DNA of 64,000 nucleotides from Eledone cirrhosa. Taxonomy: Eukaryota. The notes beneath the pieces were generated by a model. It was not told where the DNA came from, searched no databases, and saw nothing but the letters and a program-made list of their open reading frames with translations. Where the stretch lies: positions 193,936,001 through 194,000,000 of the forward strand of contig OZ024741.1 in assembly GCA_964016885.1 (NCBI GenBank), in the 5' to 3' direction. The translations under genes were made by a program, and so were the position numbers. Below, in pieces: positions 37,700 through 50,836 of the stretch; within the stretch, counting starts at the first letter, position 1, and the number at the start of each line of letters is the position of its first letter.

Positions 37700-38440
37700 A
37701 AGTGGCAGTTTGCTCCATCACTTCTGTGCCTTTGTAAATCTTGAGTACACAAGAGGTGTAGTGGGATAGATGGCACGGCAACATAAAAGGTAAACTTTAT
37801 ATGTGGTAGATGTAGAGGGATAGTTTGTAGTAAGAGCATCAGTAAAATAAACTTTTTCCAATCCCAGGAAGGATCCATAGAACTGGTTGATAACTTCTGC
37901 TACCTAAGTGATCTAGCAGTGGAGAGGTAGTTCTAAGAGCAGGGTGGAAAAGGTTCAGGGAGCTACTACCTCTGTTGACAACAAAAGATTTGAATCTATG
38001 AATGGAAGGCCTGCTATATGATACCTGTGTGTGATGTGTGATGTTGCATAGTAGTGTGACATGAGCAGTGAATGCAGAGAATATGTAATGGTTAGCAAGA
38101 AATGAAGTGAGCATGCTTCAATGGATGTGCATGAACAACAAAACCTAGATGAGCTGGGTGTAAGAGGAATCAGATGTAATATGCAGGTGAAAAGACTGAG
38201 TTGGCATTGACATATGATACATATGGATGAGAATTGATGGGTGAAGAAGTGCCAAGAAATTGCAGGGGAAGGAAGCTGCAATTGAGGGAGACCAAAGAAG
38301 ACCTGAGCAAAGGTTGTGAGAGCTGATCCCAAATTGCTCAGAGGAGATGAGGAAGGACCATAATAGGTGGAGGGAAAGTGTGGTGCAATAGACCTGTCCA
38401 ACCCATGCAAGCATGGAAAGGATGAAAAATGGTGATGGTA
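37700..38440 (+). mobile_element. RTE LINE fragment, strongly decayed
   Basis: Homologous to the 22620 and 56227 copies. Confidence 0.75.
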
Positions 38441-38526
38441 TATATATATGTTGGTGCTATAATTGGGGTGTGATTTCATGGAATGTTAATGTTATATGTG
38501 TAATGTTCTGATGTTCATTGATCTAG

Positions 38527-38617
38527 TTACTGGTGTGGGAGCCTGTAAGAAGGAAAAGAAAGATGAACCATCACATGTGAATTCTACATTTGGTAGACTG
38601 GATGAAAAATGGCCAAG
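38527..38617 (+). CDS. DNAAF1: DNAAF1 exon (VTGVGACKKE...DEKWPR)
   Basis: ctag acceptor and AG|gtaaaa donor, phase 1-2. Supplies the PR that precedes the conserved LTKKFL. Confidence 0.8.
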
Positions 38618-38706
38618 GTAAAATTTATATTTGTCATGCACACACACACACACACACATGTACATATATAAATAATGTATGTATAAAAATACAGACTCAT
38701 GATATA

Positions 38707-39042
38707 TCTATATTATAAAGCTGACGGCCGTATGTATGTAACAAACTTTTCGCCAAACGGTTGGACCAAACAGCACCAAATTTGCACCATAGATGTAACT
38801 TTTTCCAAGAAAGTGAGGGTATTTTTGTCTACTAAATTTAGTTAAAAGATTAAAGATATTTTATTGTTTATTTAAATATTCACTTCTTTAACATTTTCAA
38901 ATGTCAACACTTCCGGTTAGCATTCCCTCTCTTTCTTAGTCTGTCTTTTTAAATAGATACATAGCTATAACGTTGTGCCCTTATAATATGTCTGTATGTC
39001 TGGCTGTCTGCATTACGAAAACCATTCTGTACATTGACTTCG

Positions 39043-39078
<36 letters not shown>

Positions 39079-39202
39079 TGTATATATATATAGTGTGTGT
39101 ATATATATATATATATATATAGTGTGTATATATATATAGTGTTAGTATCATAAATAAGAGACAGTTTAGTTTGTACATTTTATTACAGCATTCCTTTATA
39201 CG

Positions 39203-39268
<66 letters not shown>

Positions 39269-39508
39269 AACATGTTATTTACAGTTGTATAAAAAAGAAG
39301 TATAATTGTTTCTACTTTTGGCACAAGGCCAGCAATTATCCCAGTACATTACTGGTACTTTAATATATATAATATATATAATACGACATTCCTCTCTCTT
39401 TCTTATACTGTCTTTTTAGATAGATACATAGCTATAACGTCGCGCCCTTATAATATCTGTCTGTATGTCTGCCTGTCTGCATTGACTTCGCTTCTAACCA
39501 ACTTTTAA

Positions 39509-39551
<43 letters not shown>

Positions 39552-39709
39552 ATTATATATTCGTGTACATATTTTCAACAGTAATACTATACTACACAGA
39601 CGGCTTATCATCTGTTTATCCAAGCAAAGCTAAGTACGTCAGCTATATATATCTGGATGTCGTAGAACACGCCAATGGTAGCTGGGCGCCACCCGGACGG
39701 GTCAGTTAG
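38707..39709 (+). mobile_element. Non-autonomous Helitron-like element with TA microsatellites
   Basis: 5' A|TCTATATTATAAA, 3' acccggacgggt hairpin followed by ttag|t. Confidence 0.6.
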
Positions 39710-39787
39710 TATAAATATATATAAAATGATAATAATAATAATTAGGGAACAAAGAATCAGTATTGCATCATATACATATTTAATTAA

Positions 39788-39874
39788 ATATTACATATGT
39801 TTCACTGCTGATCGGCCCAAGAAACAATCGATTATGTTCATTCCTAACTCTGGAAACGAAAGCTCCTCAGATAT
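39788..39874 (-). ncRNA. Possible type I hammerhead with long stem II insertion
   Basis: Minus strand reads atat-CTGAGGA-gct...agt-GAAA-catatg-TA-atat. Adjacent to a near-perfect palindrome at 39879-39930. Confidence 0.45.
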
Positions 39875-40009
39875 GTGTTCTCATATGTAGACTCACGTCC
39901 AAATGTTTGGACGTGAGTCTACATGTGAGAGAGAGAAATATATATTTCATATATAAATATATATCATATAAATATATCTATATATATCATATATATATAT
40001 ATACTCTTT

Positions 40010-40850
40010 TACCTGTTTCAACCATCCAGCTGAGATTGACATGCATAGCCGGGTTGGAAGTGGTATCATGATTGACGGGTATAAAATCAGTTGGCTGGAA
40101 TTTACAGATGACATGGTGTTACTTAACTTGACAGAAGTTGAACTTGATAGGTTTGATGTCAAGTGCTGCATGGCTGGAATGAAAATCAGTGCTACGAAAA
40201 CTGAGGCACTCGTCCTCTCAAGGAAGCCTGCACAGTGCACTCTACATTTGAATGGAGTTCCATTGAAGCAGGTAGAGAAGGTCAAGTATTAAAGGGTCGT
40301 GTTCACGAGTGATGGAAGGCAGGAGGCTGAATTAAGTGCAAGAATTGCAAAAGCTGATACAGTAATGCACCAGCTACAGTAGTCAGTGATCAGAAGAAGG
40401 GAGGTAGGTGTAAAAGCCAAACTCGCTATCTTCAATTCAGTATTCATGCCAACCCTTACCTATGGTCATGAATCTTGGGTAATGACCAAAAGAATACAAT
40501 CACGAATACAAGCGGCTGAAATGGGGTTCCTCCGAAGGGTCTTTACCACATAGAACCACTAGTTCTCCGAATTGAGAGATCACAGCTCTAATACTATGGG
40601 CATGTGGTTAGAATGTCTCAGGAAAGAATCACTGGACAGATTCATAGGCAAAAACCAACTGACAGGAGACTCAGGGGTGTACCCTAAAGAAGATTATTAG
40701 ATAGCATCCATTAGCTTGGTTGGTCTCACTTGGGGATCCAGCCAGATCAGTTGGAGATGGTTGCTTCTGACAGAACCCACCGGAAGGAGTGTTTGAGGAC
40801 TCTGACCCCACTACCCTCTCAGTAATAAGTGGGTCAAGAAGAAGAAGATA
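40010..40850 (+). mobile_element. RTE-clade LINE 3' fragment (second family)
   Basis: LEFTDDMVLL, GMKISATKTE, LKQVEK, PTLTYGHESW and IQAAEMGFLRR motifs. A related piece lies at about 59420-59710. Confidence 0.85.
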
Positions 40851-40862
40851 TATATATGTGTG

Positions 40863-40895
<33 letters not shown>

Positions 40896-40899
40896 TTAC

Positions 40900-40955
<56 letters not shown>

Positions 40956-41175
40956 GGGAAGGCGTGTGGCTGAGTGGTTAGAGAATTGGATTCGCAATCG
41001 TAAGGTTGTGAGTTCGATTCCTGGACCAAGCAATGCGTTATGTCCTTGAGCAAGACACTTTATTTCACGCTGCTCCTTCTACCTGGAGTTGCGACCGATA
41101 GATAGTATTAACAATTGGAAAGACCAACGGAAACATTGTTCCCTCGGTCCGATTTGACGAAAGTCGATCGTTCCT
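40956..41175 (+). mobile_element. tRNA-derived SINE (second family)
   Basis: A box tggctgagtggtt, B box gttcgattcc, then tgtccttgagcaagacactt. A related minus-strand copy lies at about 63410-63536. Confidence 0.8.
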
Positions 41176-41176
41176 T

Positions 41177-41230
<54 letters not shown>

Positions 41231-41243
41231 TATATATATATAC

Positions 41244-41307
<64 letters not shown>

Positions 41308-41526
41308 TGCGGTGCTGAGATTGGAGAGACCACTAATCATGTGAGTACTTAGTGCACAGTGAGATGCAGATTGTGTATAGAGATGTATAAAATCCTGACT
41401 GTGGTACGAAGCTGTTTCACTTGCCACCACAGTCAAGATTTTACATATATATACATATCTCCCTCTCTCTCTCTCTCTATCTCCCTCTCTCACTCTCCCC
41501 CTCTCTTTCTCTCTCCATCACTCCTC

Positions 41527-41573
<47 letters not shown>

Positions 41574-41983
41574 ATAAGTTAGCATCACATTGGAGGAGCA
41601 ACATCAAAATCCACCAAAGACTTATCACATGTTGAACAAAAGATTACTCAATAGTCGTTTGATGCGGTTGTATCTTTTACATAACAGATACCACTGAAAT
41701 ATATATAACAATAACAAAGTATTCATTAAATGATGTTAGATTCAAGCACAGTGACTTTTTCTTCTTTATATATATAGTATTGTAGTAATAGTTTGGTAAA
41801 GATATCGAAGGTATAGAGCAGCTCAAATTTGTAGGACGACTTTTAATATAATTATTAAGGCCAATTACCACAATGATGCTATACCAAAGTATCCTTTTCA
41901 TTGGATCCGAGGGCCCCCTTGTTCAAACTATCCAGTATACTACGATCCAAAACACTATAGTTTACCATTGTATATGTCCACAG

Positions 41984-42075
41984 ATTGACCAAAAAATTCC
42001 TCCGTCAGCACTGTAAGGAGGCCAAACTATATCAAACACCTGAGCTTAATGATGTTCTGTATTTACACTATAAAG
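41984..42075 (+). CDS. DNAAF1: DNAAF1 exon ([31 protein letters not shown])
   Basis: cag acceptor and G|gtgagt donor. Matches the DNAAF1/LRRC50 signature CK..KLY.TP.LND.LYLH.KG. Confidence 0.96.
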
Positions 42076-43166
42076 GTGAGTACTGTCTGCTAATGTTGAT
42101 ATAAAGGTGTGGGTACTCTCCCTTGGTAAAAGAGGTACAGTTGATAGGATAGGGAGTATCGTTTTTTATGAAATATGTGAGTACTCTCTATTGATAGCAG
42201 AGGGAATATTGATATAATAGGGAGTAATGTCTGTTAATGTTGATATAAAGGTGAGAACTCTCTTGATACAAGAGGGAGTACTGTCTGTTTATGTTGATAT
42301 AAAAGTGTGAGTACTCTCTCTTGATATAACAAGGAGTATTGTCTGTTGATGTTGATATAAAGGTGTGAGTACTCTCTTGATACCAAAGGGAGTACTCTCT
42401 TTTTATGTTAATGATGATATAAAAGTGTGGTTTTAATATAAAAGCTAGTACTATTTGTTAATATTAATTTAATATAATAATAATGAAATTATTGTGTACA
42501 GTGCTCAGGTGCACTACAACTTTAGATATCTTGACTGTCTACAACTTTAGATATCTTGACTGTCTGTAGTAGGTTGTTAGATCAACCTTACAACCTAGGT
42601 TAACACCAACACTTGGTCCTTGTGTGTCTTTAGTAGGGTGGTAGGTGTAATACACCCAATCATTGTGTTGCATTTTGGGGTGAGGTGGGAGCAAATAAAT
42701 CACCCATTTACCACCACCTTTGTGACTGTGCCAAATAAATTTTAATCAGATGTGGTAATCACTACATGTTAGATTCTATGTACACTACTATAGCTGAATA
42801 GACATATCTTGAACATGTTTGATCATAAGTCCAGCAATTCAAAAGCTGACCTTGAGCTAAACAACTATAGCTTTAGCCATCACATTGGATAATGTAGTCT
42901 TAGCTAGACCACTATGTCTGAATAAAAGATTGGCTGGTCTACCAGTATAGAAATAAGTACATACAAAATGAAAATGATGATGGCAGTTATGATGATAATA
43001 AATTAACTGTGTAGACTTTCCATGTAATAATCAGTAACATGGTTGCCAAGCAATTGAGATATATGAGGTTCAAGTGCCATCTGTAGGCCTATTGCTGTTT
43101 CTTGTGTAAAATTGGTGCTTTTAATTATCTAATTGTTGTGTTCTTATGGGGGTCTCTACTGTGCAG

Positions 43167-43388
43167 GTATTTATAGAATCGAGAACCTTGAAGAATATGT
43201 TGGATTGAAGTGTCTGTGGTTAGAATGTAATGGCTTGAATAAAATTGAGAACCTTGATTACCAAGTTGAAATGAAGTGTCTCTATCTGCAACAGAACCTC
43301 ATACATAAAATTGAAAACCTGGAACCTATGCAAAAGTTATCCAATTTAAATTTGTGTAACAATATGATTGAAACCATTGAGAATTTGT
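43167..43388 (+). CDS. DNAAF1: DNAAF1 LRR exon ([22 protein letters not shown]...IENL)
   Basis: SDS22-like LRRs. gcag acceptor and T|gtaagt donor, phase 1-1. Confidence 0.97.
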
Positions 43389-44349
43389 GTAAGTATCATC
43401 TTAAATGTCTATCTCTTGTGAATGATATGAAGAACAGGCTGGTACCAGGCTTGCAAGGCAGACTAACTTAGTAATGCTTTTTTATCAGGTTTGTTTGGCA
43501 GACTAACTTGTTGTTATAGTTCACATCTGCACAGGTGATGCCAACCTCTTATGAGGTTGGATCTCATAGGTTTCTTGGGTGTTTTAGTGCTTGGGGTTTC
43601 AATCCTGTTACCAAGCTTACTTTGGGAAGGTATGAAGGACAGCCAGATTTACTTTGAGCAGATATTAAGGGCTGGCTGGCTGGTTTTATCTGCTTAGTTT
43701 GGCAAGTCTTCTTTTATCAGGCTGTTTCCCAATGGTTTGGAGATCACACTTTGGGAAATGAAAGTATAAGTGAATACACTTTAACTGAAAATAATAAAGG
43801 AGAGTCCTGATAGTGGTTGGATTATGTACCATATCACCTACTGATGGATTAAGATATATAAGTTTGATAGTCTGGCTTAGATGGAAGTAAGTGCTCTTCT
43901 TTATATGGCCTCTAATATGTAAGATATGAGAGACTGACTCAAGTGAAGGTATGAGTGGTGGTGAATGTCTTTCTTATATAACCTTTAATTTATGGAAATT
44001 TAAGTGTCTGAGTTGAGTGAAGATATGTTGGAGCTGGATGTCTTTATTGTATGGAAATTTGAATGTCAGATTAAGGTGAAGGTGATGTCTTTATTTAGAT
44101 ATATGAAAATGTGAGTGTCTGATTTGAGAGGAGTCTTTCTTATGAACATTGAGTATGGAAATTTATTAGTGCGATTCAAGTGGAGTTGGATTATAAAATT
44201 TATATGGATAACACTTAGATATGAAGTAGAAATACAATACCAAACTCAATATGAAAGTTGGTGTGGAAAATATTCCCATTTAATTAGAATTATCAAATAT
44301 ATTTATATTGAATTGTTATACTCATTATGTAATCCTATAATTATGTAGG

Positions 44350-45850
44350 TGATGGTGAAAGAATGTGTTTCAGGGAACTGAGAGTTGAGTACTCTTATTC
44401 CTCTGAATAAGGAAGAAAGGTGTTGTTTGTACAGAGCAATTAAGTTATAGGAACATGGAATTAAGGTATTGGAAAAAGCATTTAAGAAAAGAGTAAGGAA
44501 AATAGTGAAGATTGCTGAAGTGCAGTTTGGATGTATGCCAGGAATAGGAATGACTGGTGTAATTTTTATTGTAAGGCTGTTACAAAAGAAGTATAAGGAC
44601 AAGAGGAAGAAGTTGATTTGGGGTGTTATTGATCTGGGGAAATCTTTTTATAGGCTTCCATGTGAAGTGATGATTGACATTGAGAAAGTTAAGAGTGGAG
44701 GAATGATGACAACATATGAGAGAATTGGGAGTGGAAGGGCTGTTGGTCAGAGGAATGATAACAATGTATGAGAGAATTGGGAGTGGAAGGGCTGTTGGTC
44801 AGAGGAATGATAACAATGTATGAGAGAATTGAGAGTGGAAGGGCTGTTGGTCAGAGGAATGATAACAATGTATGAGAGAATTGGGAGTGGAAGGGCTGTT
44901 GGTCAGAGGAATGATAACAATGTATGAGAGAATTGGGAGTGGAAGGGCTGTTGGTCAGAGGAATGATAACAATGTATGAGAGAATTGGGAGTGGAGGAAT
45001 GGTTAGTTTAAAATTGTGATGACATGGGCATTGAGAGAGTTTAGGAGTAGAGGGATGATTGGTTAGAGGAGTGATGAGAATGTATGAGAGAGTTAGGAGT
45101 GGAGGAATGGTTAGTTTAAAATTGTGATGATGATACGAGAGAGCACGTATAGTCGTAAGGACAAGAACAGAGATGAATTTGAAGGGAAGGTTGGAGTGCA
45201 TCAGAGGAAATTATTAATCCCACTACTATTTGTTGTTGTGATATAAGGCAGTTTTACCATGTATGCAGATGATCTGGTGTTAATAGCAGACAGAGTGTAT
45301 GAATGGAGTGAAGGAAAGGATGAATGTATGGAAGCAAAAGGTGCAAAGGTGGATATTAGAAATATATAAGTGATGGCATGTAGTAAAGCATGTGATAAAG
45401 TGGAACGAAGAGAGGGTTGGATGTTTGCACTGTAGATGAAAGGCATTGGAGTAATCTTCGTTAAATGTATGATGTGCATTGGGTGGGTACCTTGAAAATG
45501 TAGTGGTGTCAGATGGTTATTAAATAATGCAGAAGCTACATCTAAGCATTAAGTATCTATGGGGGGGAGGGGGGGGGGGGGGGGGGGGGGGGCTACAGAT
45601 GGAGGGGATGTTGAGATAGATCTTGGAAATAACATGAAGATGGAAGGTGTAAAACCATTTTATTATCTAGGAGACATGTTGAATTGGCTAAAGTGAGATG
45701 ACAGGCTAATGAGGAGAAAAGTATCATTGAAACTGAAGGCAAAGGGGTAAGCTGCATGTATGAGAATCACCATGATTTATAGAAGCAAGACATGGGAGAT
45801 GAATGTGAAGCAACCAAAAAGGCTGGAAAGAAAAGAAATGAGAATGGCTG
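44350..45850 (+). mobile_element. Highly decayed RTE LINE containing a 52-bp minisatellite (44715-44995)
   Basis: QFGCMPG and MYADDLVLIA motifs. Unit tatgagagaattgggagtggaagggctgttggtcagaggaatgataacaatg, about 5 copies. Confidence 0.75.
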
Positions 45851-46670
45851 CCTACGAGACTTGGAACCGGCTCAGAATCCGCCCAGTAGACGTCCATCCT
45901 CCTCTTCCCCCCGTAGATGTCAAATCCCCCCAGAGCATATGGGATGCCATCCAGTGCAACATGGCCTCAGACAGGCAAGTGCACCAACTTGACCAGCGCT
46001 GCCTCGCATGTTTTTGCTCAGCCTCACAACCCCACAGCGGTGCTGGCTCAATGCCTTACCCTCATATCTGACTGGCACACAGCTGGATAATGATAGCCTG
46101 CAAATTGGGTTTTCCCTGAGGTTCAGCCATACAAATATCACTGCGGATCCACAATAGGCTCTTTCGGCCTCCACCAGCTGTCCTGATGCTATAGTGCTGG
46201 TCGCCTTCCATACCATGCTGCTCTCAATGGGGTCATAAAGCATGGCTTGGATGCTGCAGGCTTCCTCACCCCCAGCTTGATCTGGTGGAGCTGGACCATA
46301 GGGACGGCAAAAGGCCAGGCGGCATGACTATCTTCCCGTTCCACGGTGGAAAAACCCTTCATTTTGGGATGCCACATGCAGCGACACATTCTCCAGCGGC
46401 AACCTGGTGCAGTCTGCGACTGACCACACTTCACGCCGAGGAGAGTAAACTCTCCAAATATCAGTTGCTCACCAGCAGGTTTGCAGTCGAGTCCATAGCA
46501 GTGGAGACTTCTGGTGTCCTTGGCCCTAGGGACCCCTCCCTATTCACCACTATCAGCACAGAGTTGGCTACCTGCAGGTGTGAGCCTAGCAAGCTGGAAT
46601 GACTCTTCCAGCATGTGTCCCTTACCATCTTCCGGGGAAATGCCTTCTCTATTCTGTCCACTGGGGCTGA
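45850..46670 (+). mobile_element. CRE-clade (restriction-like endonuclease) non-LTR retrotransposon 3' fragment
   Basis: HSGA-WLNALP, RDGKRPGGMTIFP (decayed RPDG), KLSKY, IAVETSGVLGP and SLTIFRGNA motifs. GC-rich relative to its flanks. Confidence 0.75.
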
Positions 46671-46851
46671 TGGTGGCCAGCACGTGGATCCCCATTTGCT
46701 CATAATGGTGAGAGATGGGGAGAGCAGGAAAGTGACAGTTGCAGTTTGGTTCCTTTGTGTTTGGACCTGGTGTATATGTGTATATTCATTTACTGCACTT
46801 ACACACACACAAACATAGTTATTACACTTTCTTTGAAGAAATTATAATATA

Positions 46852-47825
46852 CTAGCATTAAAGCCTGGCGTTGCTCGGGGTCAGTAAGTTACCAAAGTTA
46901 GGTTGCACCACCCATTTTATGGCAGCACTTTTTTGTCTGCCAGGCACTGGGTGAATGAATTGCAGACCTGGACTGCCGAAGCAGGAGCTGCGCCAGCAGT
47001 GACAATTGTAGTTTCGCCTATGGATATTGTCTCTGTGCAAAGAAGTGTTGAAATTTATTGTTTCACAGTACTTGCGCAACACGCGCGTAGACGATGCCAG
47101 CCGAACAACAGAGCTGCGATGGAGTTGTTCTGCATGGTTGACTAATGTGTGTTTTCTAAATTTAAGACAGTAGGGAGGGGTGTGATATGGGGGAGAGTTA
47201 GCTGCTGTTTCTAGCAGGTTTATTGACCTCATAGAGGATATGTTTTCTAAATTTAAGACAGTAGGGAGTGGTGTGATATGGGGAAGAGTTAGCTGCTGTT
47301 TCTAGCAGGTTTAGTGACCTCATAGAGGATATTATTGTGTATAGTAAATGAACTGATACTTCTTTCTTCCACGTTCGTTGATAGATGTTTTAAAAAAGAT
47401 TTATCGTTATTTTTGTTGTTGTTGAATAAATTTATCTGTTGCTTTTGAATAATTGTTGTTTCGTATGAAATGTAATAAGTTCTCTTTGTCATTGAAGTAA
47501 ATAAATGTTTGACCGTTCCACACTCAAAAACAAACGTTCTCTCTCTCCCTCTCTCTCTCTTAAAGTTTAAGGGGAGTAGAGAGAGGAAATCTGAACGTAT
47601 TAGAGGGGTAAAGCGTCATGTATTTAGTTTTATCGATTATTTCCGTAATTGTGGGTGAGTGTGAATGAAATAAATAGTCGTTGACCTAAGTTAGACCATT
47701 TATAACATTCTTACAGACTTTGAGTCGAATCGGTTTGAAATTGTGCAAATGTATAAACATGGAACATGCACACACACACACACACACACACACAACAACA
47801 ACAACAACAATCTGCCTTTTATAGA
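46852..47825 (-). mobile_element. Non-autonomous Helitron-like element
   Basis: Minus-strand 3' end is a cccgagcaacgccagg hairpin followed by CTAG|T. 5' end is TCTATAAAA followed by microsatellites. Confidence 0.6.
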
Positions 47826-48393
47826 TAATGATTTATGATTTATTATCCATATATCGTTTATAACAGATTTGCATTTTTTTTAATAGTGACAGCCAAATGG
47901 CTAAAATGTTAGTGTAATCAGCAACACACATTGGCATGAAATATAAATCTTGTGGTCCCTCTGGACAGTTGAAACTTGTGGTCTCTCTCTCTGGACAGCA
48001 GTAACTCAAGTAGATGAGTGGAATATTACTGAGTGAAAGAGGGGGGAAGACAGATAATGAATTGCAGAGGATGATGGGGATAGATCCAGTAATGGTTGTG
48101 AAGAGAAATAGAATGAGATGACTGAGTCATGTGTTGAGGAAGGATGCAAGTGAGAGGAGTGATGGAAATGAATGTGGAAGGAAGTAAAGGAAGAGGAAAA
48201 CCAAAAAAGACATGGTTAAATATGAAGGAGGAGGAAATAAAAGCTTGGAGTTGGTGAAAGGGTGAAGGGAGGTATAGAGGATAGGGAGCCTGCAAGGCTT
48301 TAGCAAGAAAAATGGCCATCAAATGTTTTTTGTTGTTGCTGTTGTTTTATTGAATTGTAATCAAATTATCAAATATTTCCTATCTAATTACAG

Positions 48394-48563
48394 CATGCTT
48401 GCCCCAACTCTCAACTCTACAAATGATCCACAACAAACTGTACAGTTTAGAATCTATAATCCACCTCAAAGATTGTTTAGCCATTAGTGTGTTAGATCTT
48501 TCACATAATCGACTGGAACAACCAGAAATTGTGGAAGAGGTGTTTGCCAAAATGCCTTCCTTG
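48394..48563 (+). CDS. DNAAF1: DNAAF1 LRR exon (SCLPQLSTLQMIHNKL...VLDLSHNRL...MPSL)
   Basis: tacag acceptor and gtttgt donor, phase 1-0. Conserved LRR. Confidence 0.95.
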
Positions 48564-49186
48564 GTTTGTATTTCTTCCAATATTGTTATCATTGTTGTAG
48601 TGGTGCTGGTGGTGGTGGTGATGTTTGTGGGGAAGGCGATGGTAGTGTATTGGTGTTGTTGCTATTATTGGTAGTGGTGATAGAATACAATAAAGTACAA
48701 AAATTATATTTACCGAAGCCAGGAAGCCATGTTTGACCACACACATAGAAATTTACATTTGAATTGGCAGTATCAGCAGGTGTTAGACAACATGCTTTGT
48801 GGCATACAGTTAGATTCTGAGTTCAAATCCCGCTGATGTTACAGGTCGATAAAATAAAGTACTAGTAATGCGCTTCTCTCAAAATTGTTGGCCTTGTACC
48901 TAAATCAGAAACCATCCTTATATTCTTATCAAAATCTCAAAGAAAATTGTTTCAATGAGTACTCAATAAATGTTAATTAAAATTTATGAATAGTGTTTAC
49001 ATATTTATTAGAACTTTTGGCACTATGGTAGAAATTCCATGCTTCACTGTAATAAATTATTGAAATGGGAATTGCTAACATAGAGCCTAAAGCATTTGTA
49101 TATAGTGTGTGTGTGTTTATGTACATGTATGAAAGACAGACAGAGTTAGTGAAAGCTGGTCCTCTAGATATATATATATATATCTA

Positions 49187-49833
49187 AATGCAGTTGGGTT
49201 CTATGGAAGTGGTTAATAGCTTCCGGTACCTAGGTGATCAAATTAGCATGGAAAGGGGGTGTTCTGAGGCCATAGTATCTAGAATAAGGACGGGTTGGAA
49301 GAAGTTTAGGGAGCTGCTTCCTCTGTTGATAAAGAAGGGTTTCTCCCTGCGTATGAAAGGCCAGTTCTATGATGCCTATGTGAGGTGCGCGATGCTGCAT
49401 GGTAGTGAGACATGGGCAGCAACTACAGAGAATATGCGACGGCTGGAGAGAAATGAGGCAAGCATACTTTGTTGGATGTGTAATGTCAATGTGCATAAAC
49501 GACCAAGCATAGATGAGTTGAGAGAGAAACTGGGTATAAAAGGGATAAGTTGTGGTGTGCAGGAGAGAAGACTGAGGTGGTATGGATATGTGAGGCACAT
49601 GGAGGATGACCGCTGGGTAAAGAAGTGTCAATAAATCCCAGTAGAAGGAAGACGCAGTAGAGGAAGACCACAAAAAAACACGGGCGGAGGTGGTGAGAGC
49701 AGACCTCAGATCGCTGAAACTCACGGAGGAGATGACGAAGGACCATGACAAGTGGAGAGATGCTGTGCTGAATAGGACCCGTCCCACCTTTGCAAGCAGG
49801 GAAAAGCGGATGTAAAATGATGATGATGATGAT
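49187..49833 (+). mobile_element. RTE LINE 3' end
   Basis: 148-aa ORF with FRYLG, HGSETW and RRLRWYG, and an (ATG)n tail. Confidence 0.92.
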
Positions 49834-49853
49834 GTGTGGGTGTGTGTGTATAA

Positions 49854-49917
<64 letters not shown>

Positions 49918-50836
49918 AAATTGGAAATAGCATAGAAAATATATTTAAGGATCTGTTTTTCTTTTTTTTTTCCTTTCTTTGATTCGTCAAAGTGACATTA
50001 TTGAAAAAAATGAGAGGGACAATTTATAATATATATAAAGTTTAACCGGTTTCGATGAGTTCACATCCCGTCGAGGTTAACTTTGCCTTTCATCCTAATG
50101 GGGGTCGATAAAATAAAGTATCAGTAATACACTGGGATAATTGCTGGCCTTGTGCCTATTGTAGAAACAATTATTAAACTTCATCTTATCAAATGTTGAG
50201 TATTACAATTAAAAAGAATTAATAAGAATTAAAAACTAAAAATTAAAGACTAATTTTGAAAGCCACCACTGATGCTTTGCTCTAAAATTAAGTGTTGAGG
50301 CAAGTTTTTTTCATCTTCCTTGTTGAGAAAGAGACTGGAAAAATGAACTCTTGTGTATAGAGAGAGAGGTGTGTAGTCATGATAGTAGCAGCAGTGTTGG
50401 TAGTTGTGTTTTTTCACACAGAACAAAATTGTTTTTAGGGAGGGGATTTTCTGTGAATATGTGTGTGTATCTCAATTGTGTTAATGGACTGGTCAAGAGT
50501 TCAGATGGGGTGGCGAGGGGGGGGGGATTGTAAGCTAGAGACAAATTCTATGGGTGAGGGAGGTAAATGGGATTGGCAAAAGTAGGGTTGTAAAAGAAAT
50601 TTTATTTTTGGAATATGGTTTTAGAGATTGTGTGTGCGTGTGAGAGTGTATATATAAAAATACGTGTGGGGGGGGGGGGGGCTTCAGCCTGTCTGTCACA
50701 GATCCCTTTGTGGTGGGAATTTAAAAAAAAAAACAGAGCAAAGCATCAGTGGTGGTTTTCAATCAGGAATTTTTTGAAAATATGTGTATGAGCAATTTTT
50801 TTCTTATTTCGTGGTGTTTTCATATATATATGTATA

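Noticed and set aside
40956-41030. tRNA gene
   Set aside because: A and B boxes are present, but there is no proper acceptor stem and it runs into a SINE body.
50035-50200. Possible hammerhead (ttgataa..GAAAccggt-TA, minus strand) split by a SINE
   Set aside because: The core has two substitutions and is interrupted, so it cannot be supported.
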